Below, one piece after another: positions 51,401-63,790 of a DNA stretch of 64,000 nucleotides. The notes beneath the pieces are model-generated. The model did no database searches. It was not told where the DNA came from and was given only the letters and a program-made list of their open reading frames with translations. This DNA is from Antedon mediterranea. Its lineage: Eukaryota; Animalia; Echinodermata. Every line of letters begins with the position of its first letter. The stretch's first letter is position 1. Location of the stretch: positions 37,764,437 to 37,828,436 of the forward strand of contig NC_092672.1 of NCBI RefSeq assembly GCF_964355755.1, given 5' to 3'. A program made the position numbers and the translations under genes.

Positions 51401-54062
51401 AGTAAAATAAAAAACTTAATTAAAAAATTTAAAAAAGAAAAACACTATACTATATACTACACTAGAGATAATAATAACAAAAAGGTGGAATACTAAGAGA
51501 ATGAAAATCAAGGAAATATTAAACAATCATGAAGTAGACAGTGATTATGAAGCTTTACCATGGAGGTATACAAAGTATTATAAAATATACCTTTATGGCC
51601 TTCTATATGAAGCTCTGTCTTAAACAAACTAGTTTGACAAAAAAAGTGTGATATGACATCATCATGTCCATATATGGGCACATAACCTTTTTTTTGCCAC
51701 ATAAAGTTTGATAGCGTAGACAAAGCTAAATAAGGAAAAGCATCATATTTATAATGATTTTGTAGAAATAGAAGTAGAAGAAACACTGGTGAAGTTGATT
51801 CTAATAATAAATAATAATAATACATAAAATGCTTATACCAGGCAAGAGTGAAAGTTATGTCATTCTTGCCTAATTATGCTAACCTCAGATGTCTTTGTCA
51901 ATTCAACCCTAGCAACATAAGCCAGGTAACACTGTTGATTCTCAATTGAGTTAAACACTTTGCCATTGTACTCAGAATAAAATTCATCAGCTAAGCTCTA
52001 AACAGAACAATAGATCAAATAATAATAATATGATTTAAATTTGATCGAATGATCCTGAAGATAAAAAAATAGTAAATTATAATACTTGACTTTCAATTCC
52101 CAACAACTCCCAGTCTACTAAGCTGTAAATGAGTACCTGGTTGAAAATAGTAGGGAGGATTAAGCGACGTGTGAGGGAACTGGCCACCCTACTACATAAT
52201 GCAGAGGCTTAGTAAAATGAGCTAACAGCTTATTACCCAAATTTAATAAGAAACTTACCTTTACCTTACAAATTATGATAGCAGAACAGAATACTTAAAA
52301 TAAAGAAATTGGAAAGAAAAAACTTACTGCGTTTTTAAACTTGACAAGCACCATAAATTGGTTTGGTGAGGCATCTCGTATGATTCTCAACAACTCAATA
52401 CCTTCTGCAGAGGGTGCTGTAAACTGCACAATATCGTGAATTGTAAGGGATGCTGGGACAGCTAGCATACAAATCATCTCACTCCTTGGGACATCGTCAG
52501 TCAGTGATGTCATTTGGCTTTAAAAAAAATAATCACAAATAAATGCATTTCAATAACTACCACCAAACCTTTCTGTACTCAATTGTAAGTTTTGACAAAA
52601 CTTCTTACAGTAAATGGATACAAACAGTGATTTTTATATTATAATAAGATCATAAATTATAAAACTTTTGTTCACTGGGTTTTATAATTGATAATAATGA
52701 CCTTATCTTATCAATTACTAAATCAAAACCAGATGAAATTGTTATTATACTGTATTCAAAATTTTAATTTTGCTAACATTTCATAACATTCATAAATATA
52801 GTATAGCAATTTATCTAAAAAGTGTTAATTCTGAAGGAAACACTTTCTTGTAATCCTATCACACTTTTCCACATTAGTCTCATTATATAGAATGTATAAT
52901 ATTAATAACAATTTAGATAATGAATACGTCCGATAATATTTAATTAATAATTAATTAATTAATTTTAATTTAAATAATTTAATTCAATGATTTATACTTA
53001 CTTCTCCTTAAAAATATGAATTATCCCTTTTGTTATTTCCACACTTGGATTTCCAGAGAAGAAATGTATTTTACCGGTTTTGTCCGTTGATCTGTCTGTT
53101 TTAATTGATTGCTTTGTCTTACCATCCTCTGTTAATTCCATAATTTGAGGTTCTGTACTAACTGTTTTATTGTTTGCTTTTTCATCTAAGTGGTCATCCT
53201 TGTCAGAATCTATCGATTAATTATTCAATAATATTTATAACAAAAAGTATAATTAAAGCAACATTTAAATTTTAAACAAATGAAAGTTGGAGAAGAAAAT
53301 AACGTACCTTTCTTGACATAGGATTCCACTTCAATTTTACTTGGCTCACGTCGTCCATGATAATCTTTGACAGGGACTTGTCGCTTTGGTTTGCTAGATT
53401 TAGTTGTTAATTTTTCTTTTTCTGCCATTTTAGGATAATCTGTGAAGTGATAACTGAATTGTAAGTTTCTTTGTTTAAATAAATCAGTATTACTCAATTT
53501 GTTAAATTTGTAGTTGTAGATCAGACCTTCTATTATTGTACTACATACTATATAGTGGACAATATAAAAAACAGTGGCACGTAATAATATACCTACTCTA
53601 TTATTAGACCAACATTTGTTCAATTTCAATTTAGAGTAAAAGCTATTACTGTACTGTTGGTAGTTTACATACAGTACCTCATACCTACCAGTACTGCTAA
53701 TACAAACTAAACTTATAGTTGACAAAAAGAGACCAACATCTAAACTATTGCTCTAGAGGACGAGAAATTGATCTAATTGATAACAACTTAATATTGAGAT
53801 ACAACTTTCTTTTGGAGTGTAGAGAGAGATAGTATTATAATCCTAGTAGGGATACCGTTTTAGAAACTTCTTTACTACTAATTTTAATTAGGCCTTGATA
53901 CTTTTTCAGGGAGATGTCAAATCATATTCATTCATACAAACCTATAGCACTGAACTCAATATCGGTGTAGTTAAAAAGAAGAAGCCTTCTGGTGTCTTCT
54001 TCTGGCTCTGTGGTGGAATCGTCACAAACTTCGAGCCTTATAATAATTCGCGAGATAGACAT
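48420..54062 (-). CDS. BRAP: BRCA1-associated protein (BRAP2/IMP): RING-H2, ZnF-UBP and coiled-coil E3 ligase, ~13 exons
   Basis: ATG at 54062 gives [12 protein letters not shown] (cf. human MSVSLVVIRLEL). Exons approx. 54062-53942, 53439-53308, 53209-53002, 52517-52328, 51997-51883, 51397-51248, 51094-51019, 50433-50296, 49889-49776, 49602-49513, 49319-49155, 48905-48809, 48603-48420. Peptides: [91 protein letters not shown]...KRGKKKR*. Confidence 0.92.
50090..50170 (-). mobile_element. tRNA-derived SINE head fragment
   Basis: Minus strand TGGCTTTGTGGTTATGGTGCTTGGCTACCAATCCAAGGGTCCTGGGTTCAAGGCCTG (A/B-box pattern). Confidence 0.5.
50624..50932. repeat. 45-bp tandem repeat, ~7 copies, in BRAP intron
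   Basis: TATGCAAAATATAAAACAGCAATGCAGCAGGTGAAGGGTTGTGTC. Confidence 0.95.
51611..51727 (-). mobile_element. MITE family A copy (reverse) in BRAP intron
   Basis: AGCTCTGTCT...AGTTTGATAGCGTAGACAAAGCT. Confidence 0.75.
52097..52240 (+). mobile_element. SINE fragment (MetaSINE-like core)
   Basis: CCAGTCTACTAAGCTGTAAATGAGTACCTG...GGGAGGATTAAGCGACG...GGAACTGGCCACCCT resembles the remembered Meta-domain consensus. Confidence 0.45.
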
Positions 54063-54235
54063 AAAGGTAAATCAAATGAGCTCAAATAAATTCACCAATA
54101 ATTAGTTTAATTTTCTATCATAATAAGAGAAGTTCTTCAAATAGAATCATTAAATGGTAAGTCATCTTTTGGAGGAGATTTCCGTTCACATTTTCTTTAC
54201 TTGTTAAGATTCACAGAGATGACCTCTGACCTTAT

Positions 54236-57200
54236 TAGACCAGTCGGATCTGGAGGCAGGTGTCACTTTTCTGCAGAATTTTCCAAACCAACTTTTTCTA
54301 GTGCATTTTTTGACGTAGATTACGAATCTGGTTGTTGATCGGACTAACGTGGGGGCTTTTTAAAGATATAAACGTTTAAAATCTTGATTTTTGAGAGCCG
54401 AAATTAATCAAAATAAAACAAATTTAGACAATAGAGGGCGCACTTTCTACATAATTATGAGTAAATTGGATTAAAAAAGACTTCGTTGCTGTTAATTTTA
54501 TTCACGTAAATGTGAAAATAATTTATAAATCTGATCGGTTTTATATGCTGAAATTGTTTTAGTAATACACTGTGTAGTATAAAGTTAGTTAGAACTTTTC
54601 ATTTTCGCGTTTTCAGTGATCAAAAATGATATTGTCTAGGCCCGAATATGAATGCTTCCAGCGTACGACGTATGTAAACAAAGGACGTTTAAACCGCGAT
54701 GACCGCATATAAAGTTCGCTCAAGTGAATAGTGGGTAGGCTTTTACTAGCCTAGCGTATTGTGACCGTATGCATGAAACATCTTTCTCTAGCTTATTTTG
54801 CATGCAGCGCTAGCTTTACATAAACATGTGTACTACTGTTTTTAAATTTTTTCCCCCGATTTTTAGGTGGTGTAAGGGCCTAGAACTTATTATTATTACT
54901 GACAGGCTTCTAGAGTAGGCTACTACTATACTACTAGAGGCCTAGTACTGGTGTAGTAACTAGCTGGCATAATAATAGCGTAGGTGTAGATGTATTATTG
55001 TGTCGTGTGTGTAGTCTTACAGCTAAAACATTTATTTTTGTATACATAAATCTAATAAATGCTGTGTACTACTACCCGTATATTCAGCTGATTATAACAA
55101 TACATTCAGCAACCCTATCAACCAACGATTTCTCACAGGTGACATCATTGTTCAGGTGGAAACATTGTGAAAATACTACAACGATATTGAATGTATTATT
55201 TATTACGAAAGCTGCATCTAGCATGAACATATTTCCTCTCTGACTGAGATCATGTTTTAAACAATAAAAGAAAATAAGGTTGCCCTAAAGAACTAGCTGT
55301 AGAAAATCACATAAAACAATGTTTCTCTGTCCCTGAACCAACATAATTCCAATAAACATGGCTATATCATACCAAATGTATTCTACAAAATAAACAGCCA
55401 GCATCATATAATAATTATGGTTTAAAATGTCAAAGACCAACTGATAAATGTGGAATTTGCGTGTATGGTGGTTTGATTCCATAATAGTAATACTGTATTT
55501 TGATGATGAACTATTGCATTTTCTATGTATATGTACAGGCGCGTAGCCAGACGGGTTTTTATGGTTCGGGCGAACCCCCATTCCCGACATGCCCAATACC
55601 TCACCCTCATCTCTGAAAATCCTCCAAATACGTGCCCCACACAGTACAAAAGGTTAATTTGAAAAATTCGTTCGTGAATAACTCGATACCTTCTTCACTG
55701 TATGAGCGTATGTCGAGCGATACGTGTCTGTAAATTTACGAGTTGCAAATGAATTGCCGATTTTCACCTGAAATCCCTGGATGTAACATGATATTGATGC
55801 GTGTATCGTACTCATAAAGTGAGCTGGGGCACGAACGATTCGTACAAAGGACACCGCCAGACAATAGCGTACGTACCTATATTGTTTAGATCACGGCAGT
55901 CAGCATGCATAAAGTATACCGTAAATCTTCTAATTGTAACCCTGGGTTATTATATTATTCTTTGATTGTTTTTTAGGGTGGGTTACTACTAGAAGGGGAT
56001 TACTATTAGAGTAGTGGGTTACTATTACTTGAAAATAGTAACCCACCCCAACTATTCCGGTCAGCAGCTCATAGCAAAATAATAAAACAGTACGGATAAA
56101 CACATTTGTTTGAACAGAACTAACTATCTAACTAACTTATAAACTCAAAAACACTCAATCCTTCCCCACACCCGAGATCAACATGCATTATCTCCTTATT
56201 ACTATCAGAGTAGTGGGTTGTTATTATTATAGATTGACTATTGACTGGGTTACACTATTACTATTAAAAGGAGGGTTACTATTATTAGAGTGTGGGTTAC
56301 TATTAGAAGATTGATTAATATTTAATTTCTTCAAATTGCTGTAAATAAATATAGGTAGAGCTATAATAAGCATTGAATTTGCCTTCTCACACAAAGTGCT
56401 TTTTTGGGGGATTCCCCTAGACGTACGTACGTTCACATTGAACTTGAACGCAAGTGAATGATCAAAAAAGGTACGAATACGATCGTTTTGCTCATTGGTA
56501 GCATGCTGCATGAGAGTGTCTTTTCCGACTAATTAGAGGTGCTATTTATCATGAATGTTATGTGCGAGAGTATACCATTTCCGGCCATCTAGAGGTGTCA
56601 TTTAACCAAATTTGCTTCGCCCCTCCAGATTTAGGATGGCTTTTAGGTAAGGGTGGAATTAAACGACATTAAACTCATTACAAACGTATCAGATTAACAT
56701 AATTCGTTTTTGCTGTAGCATACGTCGATACACAGTACATAACGTAACCGTCAGTAAACTTCGCCTGGAAAGTAATACTACGACACATTTTGGTCCCTGG
56801 ATGGAATATGATATCACGCGTTTGGACACAACGTTGAACGATTCGTACAAAGGGATACCGCCAGACAAGTGCGTACCTATTGTTTAATAGTTGGATAGCT
56901 GGCAATAATGAATGCATAATAGCCCTCCGACGTACTCGCGGTCAATGGAACGTCGCGGTTTTCTAGGCGCTGAGGCTACGAAGTGAACGCCAACGATTTT
57001 TACAGTATTCCCCGACTCGACAAAAAGTACCTGTGTTCCCAGATATGGGATAGGCTCCCCGACGAGGGGATAGAGCCCATGCGGATACACAGTTGATGAT
57101 CTTAACCTGGATGTTTTACTATTTTCATGAGATTTAAAACATATTTTTTCTTAGAATATGCCAATTGCGCATTCTTTTGACATCATACTTTACTAACTTA

Positions 57201-57893
57201 TGACGTCATAGGTACGTTATATGGTAATTTAAATATTAATTGGAAAGTTTAATACCACATTTATATAGCGGCTATTCTGAATTTATGCTAATTAACCTTT
57301 TTGATGTCTGACCGTATCATGTTCATTTCAACAGGAAAATGTTAGAAAATTGTTTTCCTGCGGTTTCTACATTTTTTTTAGCATAGGATAATGTCATTTA
57401 AGCAGTTATAACATAATATATGACGTCACAACTACCTTATGACGTCATAGTTACGTCATATGGTAATTTAAATATGCTAGTTTGAAAGTTTAATGTCACA
57501 TTTATATTTACTCGTAATGCACTTAGGTGGTCTAAAACCAACCGTTGAGGAGATATGGGAACTTCAAATGGTAAATGGCGGCCATTTTGAATTTATGCCA
57601 ATTAACCCACTTTCCGGTGTCCGATTTCGATAAATTTTGGATATGATGTTTATTTGGACTATATCAACTAGACAACACATTTCTGTTGCATTTAACATAT
57701 CTAAACGATTTCCTCTTCATAAAATGACTTATTTGACCTAATTTGACCTTTGACCCTTCATATCTCAAAAACGCCCCCTCCCCGTCGCGATCAACATTCA
57801 TATTCGTATTCTACAGCCAAAATTACCCCAGAAAAAGTACATGAAGTAAATTCTGCAAAAAGTGACACCTACACCTCAAATACGACTGGTCTA
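54236..57893. mobile_element. Non-autonomous DNA transposon with ~130-bp imperfect TIRs, TAG...CTA termini and 3-bp TSD (Academ-like)
   Basis: Left end TAT|TAGACCAGTCGGATCTGGAGGCAGGTGTCACTTTTCTGCAGAATTT; right end AAATTCTGCAAAAAGTGACACCTACACCTCAAATACGACTGGTCTA|TAT. Inverted similarity extends ~130 bp. No transposase-length ORF inside. The superfamily is inferred from termini and TSD only. Confidence 0.8.
55917..56312. mobile_element. Nested Tc1/mariner-type (TA-CCGTA) MITE, right end degenerate
   Basis: TACCGTAAATCTTCTAATTGTAACCC at left and GGGTTACTATTAGAAGATT at right (18/19 inverted match), with internal GGGTTACTATTA subrepeats. Confidence 0.55.
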
Positions 57894-57993
57894 TATACTT
57901 AGTCGCGGTTGACTAAACTATAGATGTCGCTGTTGCAATTTAATTTTCTACAGCTAGCAGCTAGTGGAAAACATTAGAAAAAACGTGCATAAA

Positions 57994-59935
57994 ATGGCTT
58001 TATTTACACAGTTCCTTTCTCGTGTTCCACCAATTCATACTTCTTGTGGTAAGACGGGATAACCTTAACTTAAAGTTTGTTCAATATTTATTGATTATTT
58101 GCGGAATGAATTGCATTTTATGCGTTATTTCTATCTAACTAGCCTAGGAGCTAGGCTAGGCCTCATCATAATATTAATAAAGGCCGACTAGTGATGAGAC
58201 TGGCTCGAGTTCCCATCCGGTGGTGTTGACTATTGAATGGCCAATGCCACCTAGGCCTAGACCTGGATGGCCTAGCTACGGCGACGTAGGATTTTTGTGA
58301 AAAAAAATAGATTTATTATACACCAACATAATCGTAACCTACATGAAAACCAAGCTTACCAGCATACGTTTTGAAAAAATTGAAATTGAAAAACTGATTA
58401 AAAAATGTTTTTATTTAATTTATTTTCTTTTGTTTTTGTTTTTCTTTATTAGTCTTTATTCAAAGATGTATTGCATCATCTGGAGGAAAGCAATTTGCAT
58501 CACTTTCAGGTGGTCAACAAAATCTAGCAATGGTTGATGAGGATGAGTGTGCCAAAAACGATGTCAAAATACTTGAAACCTTAATCAATCGTAATCCTCG
58601 TAACTTGGAGAGGATGGCAATAGCTCGCAAAGATGGAGGCTGGCATTGCAGCGAACCAAAAAAGAGATATTGGCACATGTAAACAACATCATTTTCTACT
58701 CCTCTAAACATTGATAAAAAATAATAAAAATCCCAAGCAATAATTTTTTATACCATACAATATGACAGTACAGTCAACTCTCCCAATACTAGACACCTTT
58801 GGGCTGGCCAAATATCAGTTTTTCTGGAAAATCTGGTATTCGGAATGTGTTTTTAATGCTTAAAATGATGTTTAGACTGGTATTGTGTGAGTTTCTGGTT
58901 TTCAGAGAGTCTGGTATTAGGAGAGTTGACTGTATTTGGATTCATTTTATTGTTCTTATATTGATTTGATTGTTTTTTTTCCTATTAAAATAAATTTGAT
59001 TTTCAATAGTAAAATAAAGTTGTTTTTTGTCAGATTACATTATTCTACGACAAACAGACATGTAAATGCACATGTAGAACACTATAATGGTAATATGGTA
59101 GCGTCAGCATCCACAATGGAGTGGGCAATCAGGAAACATCTTTACAGCACCAGTGATGTGATTGCTGCGTCCACAGTTGGAAGAGTTCTAGGCCGACGAT
59201 GTCTACAGTTTGGTATTAGTTATGTACACATTGACATGCCAAAAGAGTGGAAGACGTATGAGAAGGTAGGTCTTCAACATCATCATTTTAAAACGAAGTA
59301 GGCTGCTTATTTTAAAGTTTTAAATAACTTTCTATCAGGAGAGTCTATTATAGCGATATTTTTGCTTTTTGACAATTCGCCAGGATAGTGTCCTGCGTTT
59401 TTCTATGCTTCTTTTTGTTTTGTTTTTATTTTTCTGGATAATAAATGAATATGAATATATGAATATGAGCGATTTATAATATGTACTACAATAATTTCAG
59501 ACATGTGTTGCTTTTTGTAATGTTTTTTATATACTTGAATAAATAAATAAAGCTTGGTTCCCACCAGCGACGCAACGCAATATAAAATGCCCTTCCAATA
59601 ATTTTGATTGCGTGAAATCAAACCTGCACTGTTGCATCATCGGTTCCCACTTGTGATTAAGCAATACAGCACTTTGCGTCAATACGTCGCTGCATCCCAT
59701 TGTGTTCTAGTTGGAACCACGCTTAACTAGATATAAGAAGATAGATCTCCTAGATCTAGGCGGGTCCTATTTTAGCAACTAATGTCGTACGGTATTAACA
59801 TTTAAACATTTTGTTTTCTAGGTTCAAGTATTTTTGGAAGGATTGAAGAGTGAAGGATTGATTCTCTGCGAACCTAAAACGATTTTAGATTTTCGGCCGT
59901 GCGTAAAAGTTGATTACTTTCCTGAAAATTACTAG
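57994..59935 (+). CDS. MRPL18: Mitochondrial ribosomal protein L18 (uL18m), 4 exons
   Basis: Exons 57994-58048, 58453-58678, 59034-59265, 59822-59935 join in phase. Peptides NRNPRNLERMAIARKDGGW and HVEHYNGNMVASASTMEWAIRKHLYSTSDVIAASTVGRVLGRRCL; the N-terminus resembles a mitochondrial presequence. Confidence 0.9.
58771..58932. mobile_element. Tc1/mariner (pogo/Tigger-like) MITE in MRPL18 intron 2
   Basis: TA|CAGTCAACTCTCCCAATACTAGAC ... GTCTGGTATTAGGAGAGTTGACTG|TA. Confidence 0.8.
59551..59723. mobile_element. PIF/Harbinger-type MITE (second family) in MRPL18 intron 3
   Basis: TAA|AGCTTGGTTCCCACCAG ... CTAGTTGGAACCACGCT|TAA, with ACGCA subterminal repeats. A decayed relative may end at 24291-24302 (TGGAACCAAGCT). 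Confidence 0.65.
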
Positions 59936-60330
59936 TCATATCTGCTGTTAAAATAATGAAAACAAATTTTGTAAATAAAAGAATAATGAAAAGAACCTTT
60001 TTGTTGTGTTTTGCATTTGGAAAAATATACATTAGATGATTTAAGCTACTCAATAAATCAAATGTATCTATAATACTGTATAAATAAAAGAGGATTTAGG
60101 CCTACATTGTTCCTAGTTCATGATATAATCAAATCATTACCTCATCATCATTATGAATAAGGTTTTGTTAGTAAATATTCATCACAATTTAAAAAAAATC
60201 CAACTTGCAGCTCTTCACTACTTTTCAATATTCGGTAGTTTATTTTAATATACAATTTCGATGGCACAAAATAATGATATTTCCCCACAATTAATGGCTT
60301 CTGTTTTTGCATATACCAAGTACAAGTTAT

Positions 60331-60440
60331 GTACAAATTCAATGTCAGTGGTACCCCTAAGTTTGTACAAATTCAATGTCCATGGTACCCCTAAGTTTGT
60401 ACAAATTCAATTTCAGTGGTAACCCTAAGTCTCTACAAAT
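60331..60440. repeat. ~34-bp tandem repeat, 3 copies
   Basis: GTACAAATTCAATGTCAGTGGTACCCCTAAGTTT. Confidence 0.85.
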
Positions 60441-63332
60441 ACTACATGCCACTATAACCACACCAATATATATATGTACGTCCACATAATAAGATTAGAC
60501 AAACTGTCATTCTTTATTGGAATACATTTTCCCCGACAAATCTTTTTGATTAAAATCGACAGACTGTGATTATATAATTACTGTGGCTAAAAATGGATTG
60601 ACTTTTATAATATTCTCTAATATACTTTACAAGACTACAACATTTTTGTCTATCATAAATACAAGGAGAAAAATTGACCTTTGACCTTGTACAGTAAAAC
60701 AGAATATAAGAATGAATTAACTGTACATTAATGATTATTTAAAATAAAATATCTGATATTGATACACACACTAATAATATACAATTTGAAAACATATAGT
60801 TAAACTCTTGAAATGTTTCTTTTAGAAAAGAAAAATACAATTAATTATAAAAGATGTGGTATGAATTATGGTTCCTGAGACAGGGTTAGAAAAAAAAATG
60901 TATAAAACTAACCGAGTTGTAGAAACGGACAGTTTAAAGTCTGATTATAGAGGGCGTGTCAAATAGCTATTATAAACAAATATAACAATATAATTACAAT
61001 GTAGGTAAACAAGCAACTATACCACAACTTGTGGTGGACATATACAGAACAAGGCTTTATAAGTTACTAATCAAATTAGGAATATTCACAATACAACAAT
61101 GTGTGTACACACCAGTACAGTAAATAGTTTGTTCAAATTAAATATATTGTCAGTAGAAATCCCATCATTCTTCAATGTGGTGTTGATATAGTACACTTTG
61201 TAAAAACATCTTAATATTACAGAATTCTTGTTTTACTTTGCCCCTGTGATGATTTGTAATCACTTTATCTAGAACTTACTGAAGTAACAATTTAACCATA
61301 GATATATTATAGTGATCATATCTTATCTATGATTGAACACACTTAATTCTTTTACATTTCTCATGTGATTCTGTCATTGGTTATCCCTTGCAGGGAACTT
61401 TTTCACCAGGGTAGCACAGCCAAATGCTACATGGCAATACTGCCTTACTGTTACTCAATTAACAAATGGTAGCTAAATATGGTATACAATCCTACTAAGA
61501 TTAATCAGCAGTTATGGCTAACCAAATTTGTTAATGAAATTGTTCCTCGTCTTGGCTTTATCTAGAGAACTTGGTAACAATTTAGTGACATAATCTTTTT
61601 ATATAGAGTATTGTCAATATGGTGAAGTGATGAACTATGAACATCAACAACATAGGATAAACATTTTGACTGTTTTTAGTAAACATGATTTTCAAATTCT
61701 TACTATTTCAACTGGTAGAAACGTGTCATCATATTAGCTTATTTAGCACAATTTAAAATGAATGTTATATAACTTGTGAAATTAAAGGGTTTGACATTTG
61801 GCTGAGTTGATACTACTAATACTGGTACCACTCAATACACAGTTTAAGTCTTCTTACTTAAAATGATGAAGACAGCACTTAAAATGATTGAACATACAAA
61901 ATTGATATACTACCAAATATATATATTAAAATAGTAAGTACTATATTTAATCAATTAAAACAAGTGAAATAAATAAAATAATGTGGACTGTGAATTAATA
62001 TTTTCGGTGGTTTTGGTGTAATTATTTGTTAACGCTAAATTTTATATAAAAAGAACATTTTTTTTTCTTTTAATTTAAACGTGATTGCACAAAAGCTTGG
62101 GGTGGGTATGTGATATAAACTTATAAATACACACATATAAATATATAATATATATAAACAAAAATTACAGAGAATCATAGTTTGTTGCTAGCGTAAAAAA
62201 TGATAGATTACAAAACAACTTAATAATTCCTTAAGAAAGGTTAATCAAAGGGGTTGATAAGAAGAAGTGATGGCCATTATGTCACCATCTAGTAAGGCTA
62301 ACAGGTTTAAATTTTGGTTTTTAAAAGCAGCGAATAGTATTGGAAGATATACCTTCAATAGACTTCAATTTTAATTATGGATTTAGCCTACACCAATGAA
62401 CTAGGAAAACGACCATAAGCATATGAAATGCATGCTCAGACAATGAATGATAATACATTACCAAATACATTCATCATGTAGGCTTTAGACCTCCAAGTCA
62501 CCTGGGGCTCCAGGCAGACTGAATTGAATCTAGGCTAGGCCTAACCAGGCTTACTTTAACTAGGCCTAGCCTAGACTTAACATTAATAAACATAGGCCTA
62601 CCTCCTATTCCCAGTTTGGCAGTACTTACCTCCTATGCTTTTATTTTCCTAGTCTGGTTAATTCACATTTTATAAACAATAATTTTCTAATCATAATCTA
62701 AATCAATTAAAAAATGCAAGGTCCAGTATCATCTTAGCCATCACACTCTCCATCATGATCTACTTTTGACCAAGGCACAGCTGCCTCGTTTTGACTGATT
62801 ATTGTCTGCCATACAATTTTTACCACAAAGCCTCTGATTGGTTGAATCTTCCACAAACATTCAACAGTGTTTTACTTATCAGACTCATCTCAAACTTGTG
62901 AAATTTATAATCTGTGACTGTAATGTTGGTATATACTATTATTATATTTGTTCTGTCAGACAAAATGTATGGTAGTGTATTTATGCTTTCTAAATAAGTT
63001 ACAAAAATTTATCTACATAAATCTAGTAAATGTTATTTTAAGTGGCTATTTTATCCATGCAATACTGAACCACAGGATTAGAATGATACTTATTTGAATG
63101 GTCAAATTGATTGCAGTTATGTAGTGGTATTTTCCTTTTAAAATTAAATAGTTGCAGTAAATATTTTGTTGGAGAAATACTACACAATAAAATCATGATT
63201 TGTTTTCAATAATTGAATATAATAATCAATTTAGTAATTGAAAAATCAAATTGAATGAAATTTGTTTGTAATTGTTTTAAATACAAATTTATTTAACGTA
63301 GGAGGTTAAATGGATAGAGAGATTTTGAATAC

Positions 63333-63438
63333 AATAGTGCATTCCATTGAACAGTACATTCCATTGAATAGTACATTCCATTGAATAGTACATTTCATTG
63401 AATAGTACATTCCTTTGAATAGTACATACCATTGAATG
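63333..63438. repeat. 17-bp tandem repeat, ~6 copies
   Basis: CATTCCATTGAATAGTA. Confidence 0.9.
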
Positions 63439-63790
63439 GCTTAAAATCCATGATTACGATTGTAATATATGTTTATTGCAGTACATATACATTGGTAAAT
63501 CAATTTTCCATTGATACATTTATCTTATCATAAAAATAAAGTAGAACTTTACTTAGAGATTGGTTATCAAGTCCTTCTGAATGTGAAAACCTAAGCTAGA
63601 CAAGGCAACAAGTAAGTTGCAGTTTTCCATGAATAAACCGCACAACTCTATCACTATCCTACAGCAGAAAATTATAAATACACTACCTTTATTATTATTT
63701 ATTCATTATTTTTCTATAAATATTTATCATCGAGAAACAGCTGTCACTGGAAAAATGATTTTCAAAACTTGAAAACTGTAAAATATCTTG

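Noticed and set aside
1-59935. U12-type or other non-canonical introns, recoding or selenocysteine in the five genes
   Set aside because: All coding introns I traced are GT-AG with ordinary donors, and reading frames close without in-frame TGA or frameshifts.
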